Assembly (NCBI GenBank): GCA_963705705.1
Contig: CAVPKK010000004.1
Span: 96,668-160,667, forward strand
Direction: 5' to 3'
Source: an uncultured bacterium
Lineage (GTDB): Bacteria > Babelota > Babeliae > Babelales > JABCYS01
DNA: 64,000 nucleotides
The notes under the pieces were generated by a model, which did no database searches, was not told the origin of the DNA, and was given only the letters and a program-made list of their open reading frames with translations. The stretch's first letter is position 1. The number at the start of each line of letters is the position of its first letter. The position numbers and the translations under genes are program-made. This document shows, in pieces, positions 62,576 through 64,000 of the stretch.

Positions 62576-63760
62576 ATGACAGAATTAGATGTAAAAAAAA
62601 CACAAATTCAGCCCATACCGAAACCATATACCGATCAAGCTACAGCCAATTCAAAGGTTGAACTGAGCGCGGCAGCATTAAACAATAATATTGCCACCTA
62701 CCGATCCCTGATCCCCGCCCATGTACAACTTGCCGCCATTGTGAAAGGCAACGCCTATGGTCACGGCATGATACCAATCGCACAATTTTTAGATTCCCAT
62801 CTCTCAGTAGATTTTTTATACACCGCAAGCTTATCGGAAGCCCTTTGCCTGCGAGCGCATGCTATAAAAAAGCCAATCACTGTTTTGAGCTATCACGATG
62901 CATCACTCACTCAAGCAATCGCAAGCGATATTGATATAGTGGTATATGATTTGGAAACAGCTCATGCAATATCCCAGGCAGCACAACAGATCAGTAAGCA
63001 AGCACATGTGCATATTAAACTTGATACCGGGCTTTCACGTTTAGGGATTCGGGTTGAACCAAATGCCATTGAACAAACCATTGCCTTAATCAAACACATA
63101 GCCCAATTGCCAGGCATAATCGTGCGCGCACTCTTTTCACATTTTGCTGATGCTGAAGCTGCCGATAATACCTTTGTACAATATCAACAAGAGCTCTTTG
63201 ATAAGATCGCCTTACCATTTAATGCTATAAAACATTTGTCATGCACTGCGGCCTTAGGCACGATACCCATGGAAAATCATTCAATCGCACGATTTGGCAT
63301 TGGATTATATGGGCTCTGGCCATCTGAAGAAAACAAACTGGCACTCAGTGCTTTTGGGGCTACGATCTTGCCAGTCATGAGTTGGAAAACCCGTATCATC
63401 CAAATAAAAAAAATTCCAGCTGGGAGCACAGTTGGTTACGATCGCACATACGTGACCGCGCGGCCGATTATCGCCGCCGTTTTACCAGTAGGCTATGCCG
63501 ACGGCCTTGATCGTAAACTTTCCAATTGTGGTCATGTACTTATTCATGGGACGGTCGCCCCAATTATTGGTCGGGTCTCAATGAATGTAACAGTTGTAGA
63601 TATCACGGATGTTGCACATGCTCAAGTCAATGATGAAGTTACCTTATTGGGCAATCATCCCGCAGTGCATGCAGATACCATTGCACGTCATGTGGGTACC
63701 ATTAATTACGAAGTGGTAACCCGTATTTCACCGCACATTTCTCGCGTTCTCATTCCATAA
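62576..63760 (+). CDS. alr: Alanine racemase
   Basis: AIVKGNAYGHG (PLP Lys), HIKLDTGLSRLG, SHFA, VGYD, PVGYADG, GRVSMN, TINYE. Confidence 0.96.
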   Translation: MTELDVKKTQIQPIPKPYTDQATANSKVELSAAALNNNIATYRSLIPAHVQLAAIVKGNAYGHGMIPIAQFLDSHLSVDFLYTASLSEALCLRAHAIKKPITVLSYHDASLTQAIASDIDIVVYDLETAHAISQAAQQISKQAHVHIKLDTGLSRLGIRVEPNAIEQTIALIKHIAQLPGIIVRALFSHFADAEAADNTFVQYQQELFDKIALPFNAIKHLSCTAALGTIPMENHSIARFGIGLYGLWPSEENKLALSAFGATILPVMSWKTRIIQIKKIPAGSTVGYDRTYVTARPIIAAVLPVGYADGLDRKLSNCGHVLIHGTVAPIIGRVSMNVTVVDITDVAHAQVNDEVTLLGNHPAVHADTIARHVGTINYEVVTRISPHISRVLIP

Positions 63761-63820
63761 CCTTGCATCATGCACAACTTTCACGTTATGTTTTACTCGA
63801 TATTTAACGTGGAGTTGTAT

Positions 63821-64000
63821 ATGAAAAACAAGATACTCGTTGTCGCATTGTCATTAGGCATTAGCACGCATGTTGCCGCCAATGCTGATGCTGCGCAAAT
63901 TCCTTTTCTTAAAAACAAATTGATTAATGCAATCGCATTTCCATTATTTGCAGCTACAGCCTATTATTTCTTTGATGAGGCTGGCGAATCCTACGATTAC
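63821..64000 (+). CDS. Hypothetical exported protein, 3'-partial
   Basis: GGAG SD; MKNKILVVALSLGISTHVAA signal peptide; frame open to the window end. Confidence 0.65.
   Translation, partial: MKNKILVVALSLGISTHVAANADAAQIPFLKNKLINAIAFPLFAATAYYFFDEAGESYDY

Overview
Bacterial chromosomal window with no CRISPR array, transposase or integrase. The gene content (ankyrin protein, many signal-peptide orphans, paralogous beta-helix and beta-barrel families) suggests a host-associated lineage such as Babeliae/Dependentiae (TM6). That placement is inference and should be tested with the 16S gene. Housekeeping content: a full rRNA operon on the minus strand (16S-Ile-Ala-23S-5S), tRNA-fMet, truB, gmk, ogt, cdsA, bamD, galE, secA, pgeF, ftsQ-like/ftsA/ftsZ, rlmB, alr, an ABC exporter, and a partial type II secretion cluster (gspF,G,H,I,J,K). 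The most notable region is about 33-53 kb. There, four close paralogs of a predicted outer-membrane beta-barrel are each followed by secreted proteins, most of them mosaics built from two recurring, unnamed helical modules, which looks like a repeated barrel-plus-cargo surface or secretion system. All three beta-helix surface-protein genes carry simple sequence repeats: (TG)13 and (TG)12 in a conserved leader, and a 4x8-bp repeat inside the 5' coding end, suggesting phase variation. A ~37-bp palindromic element occurs at six sites, two of them in frame inside conserved genes. All protein assignments come from motif reading by eye; no database search was run.
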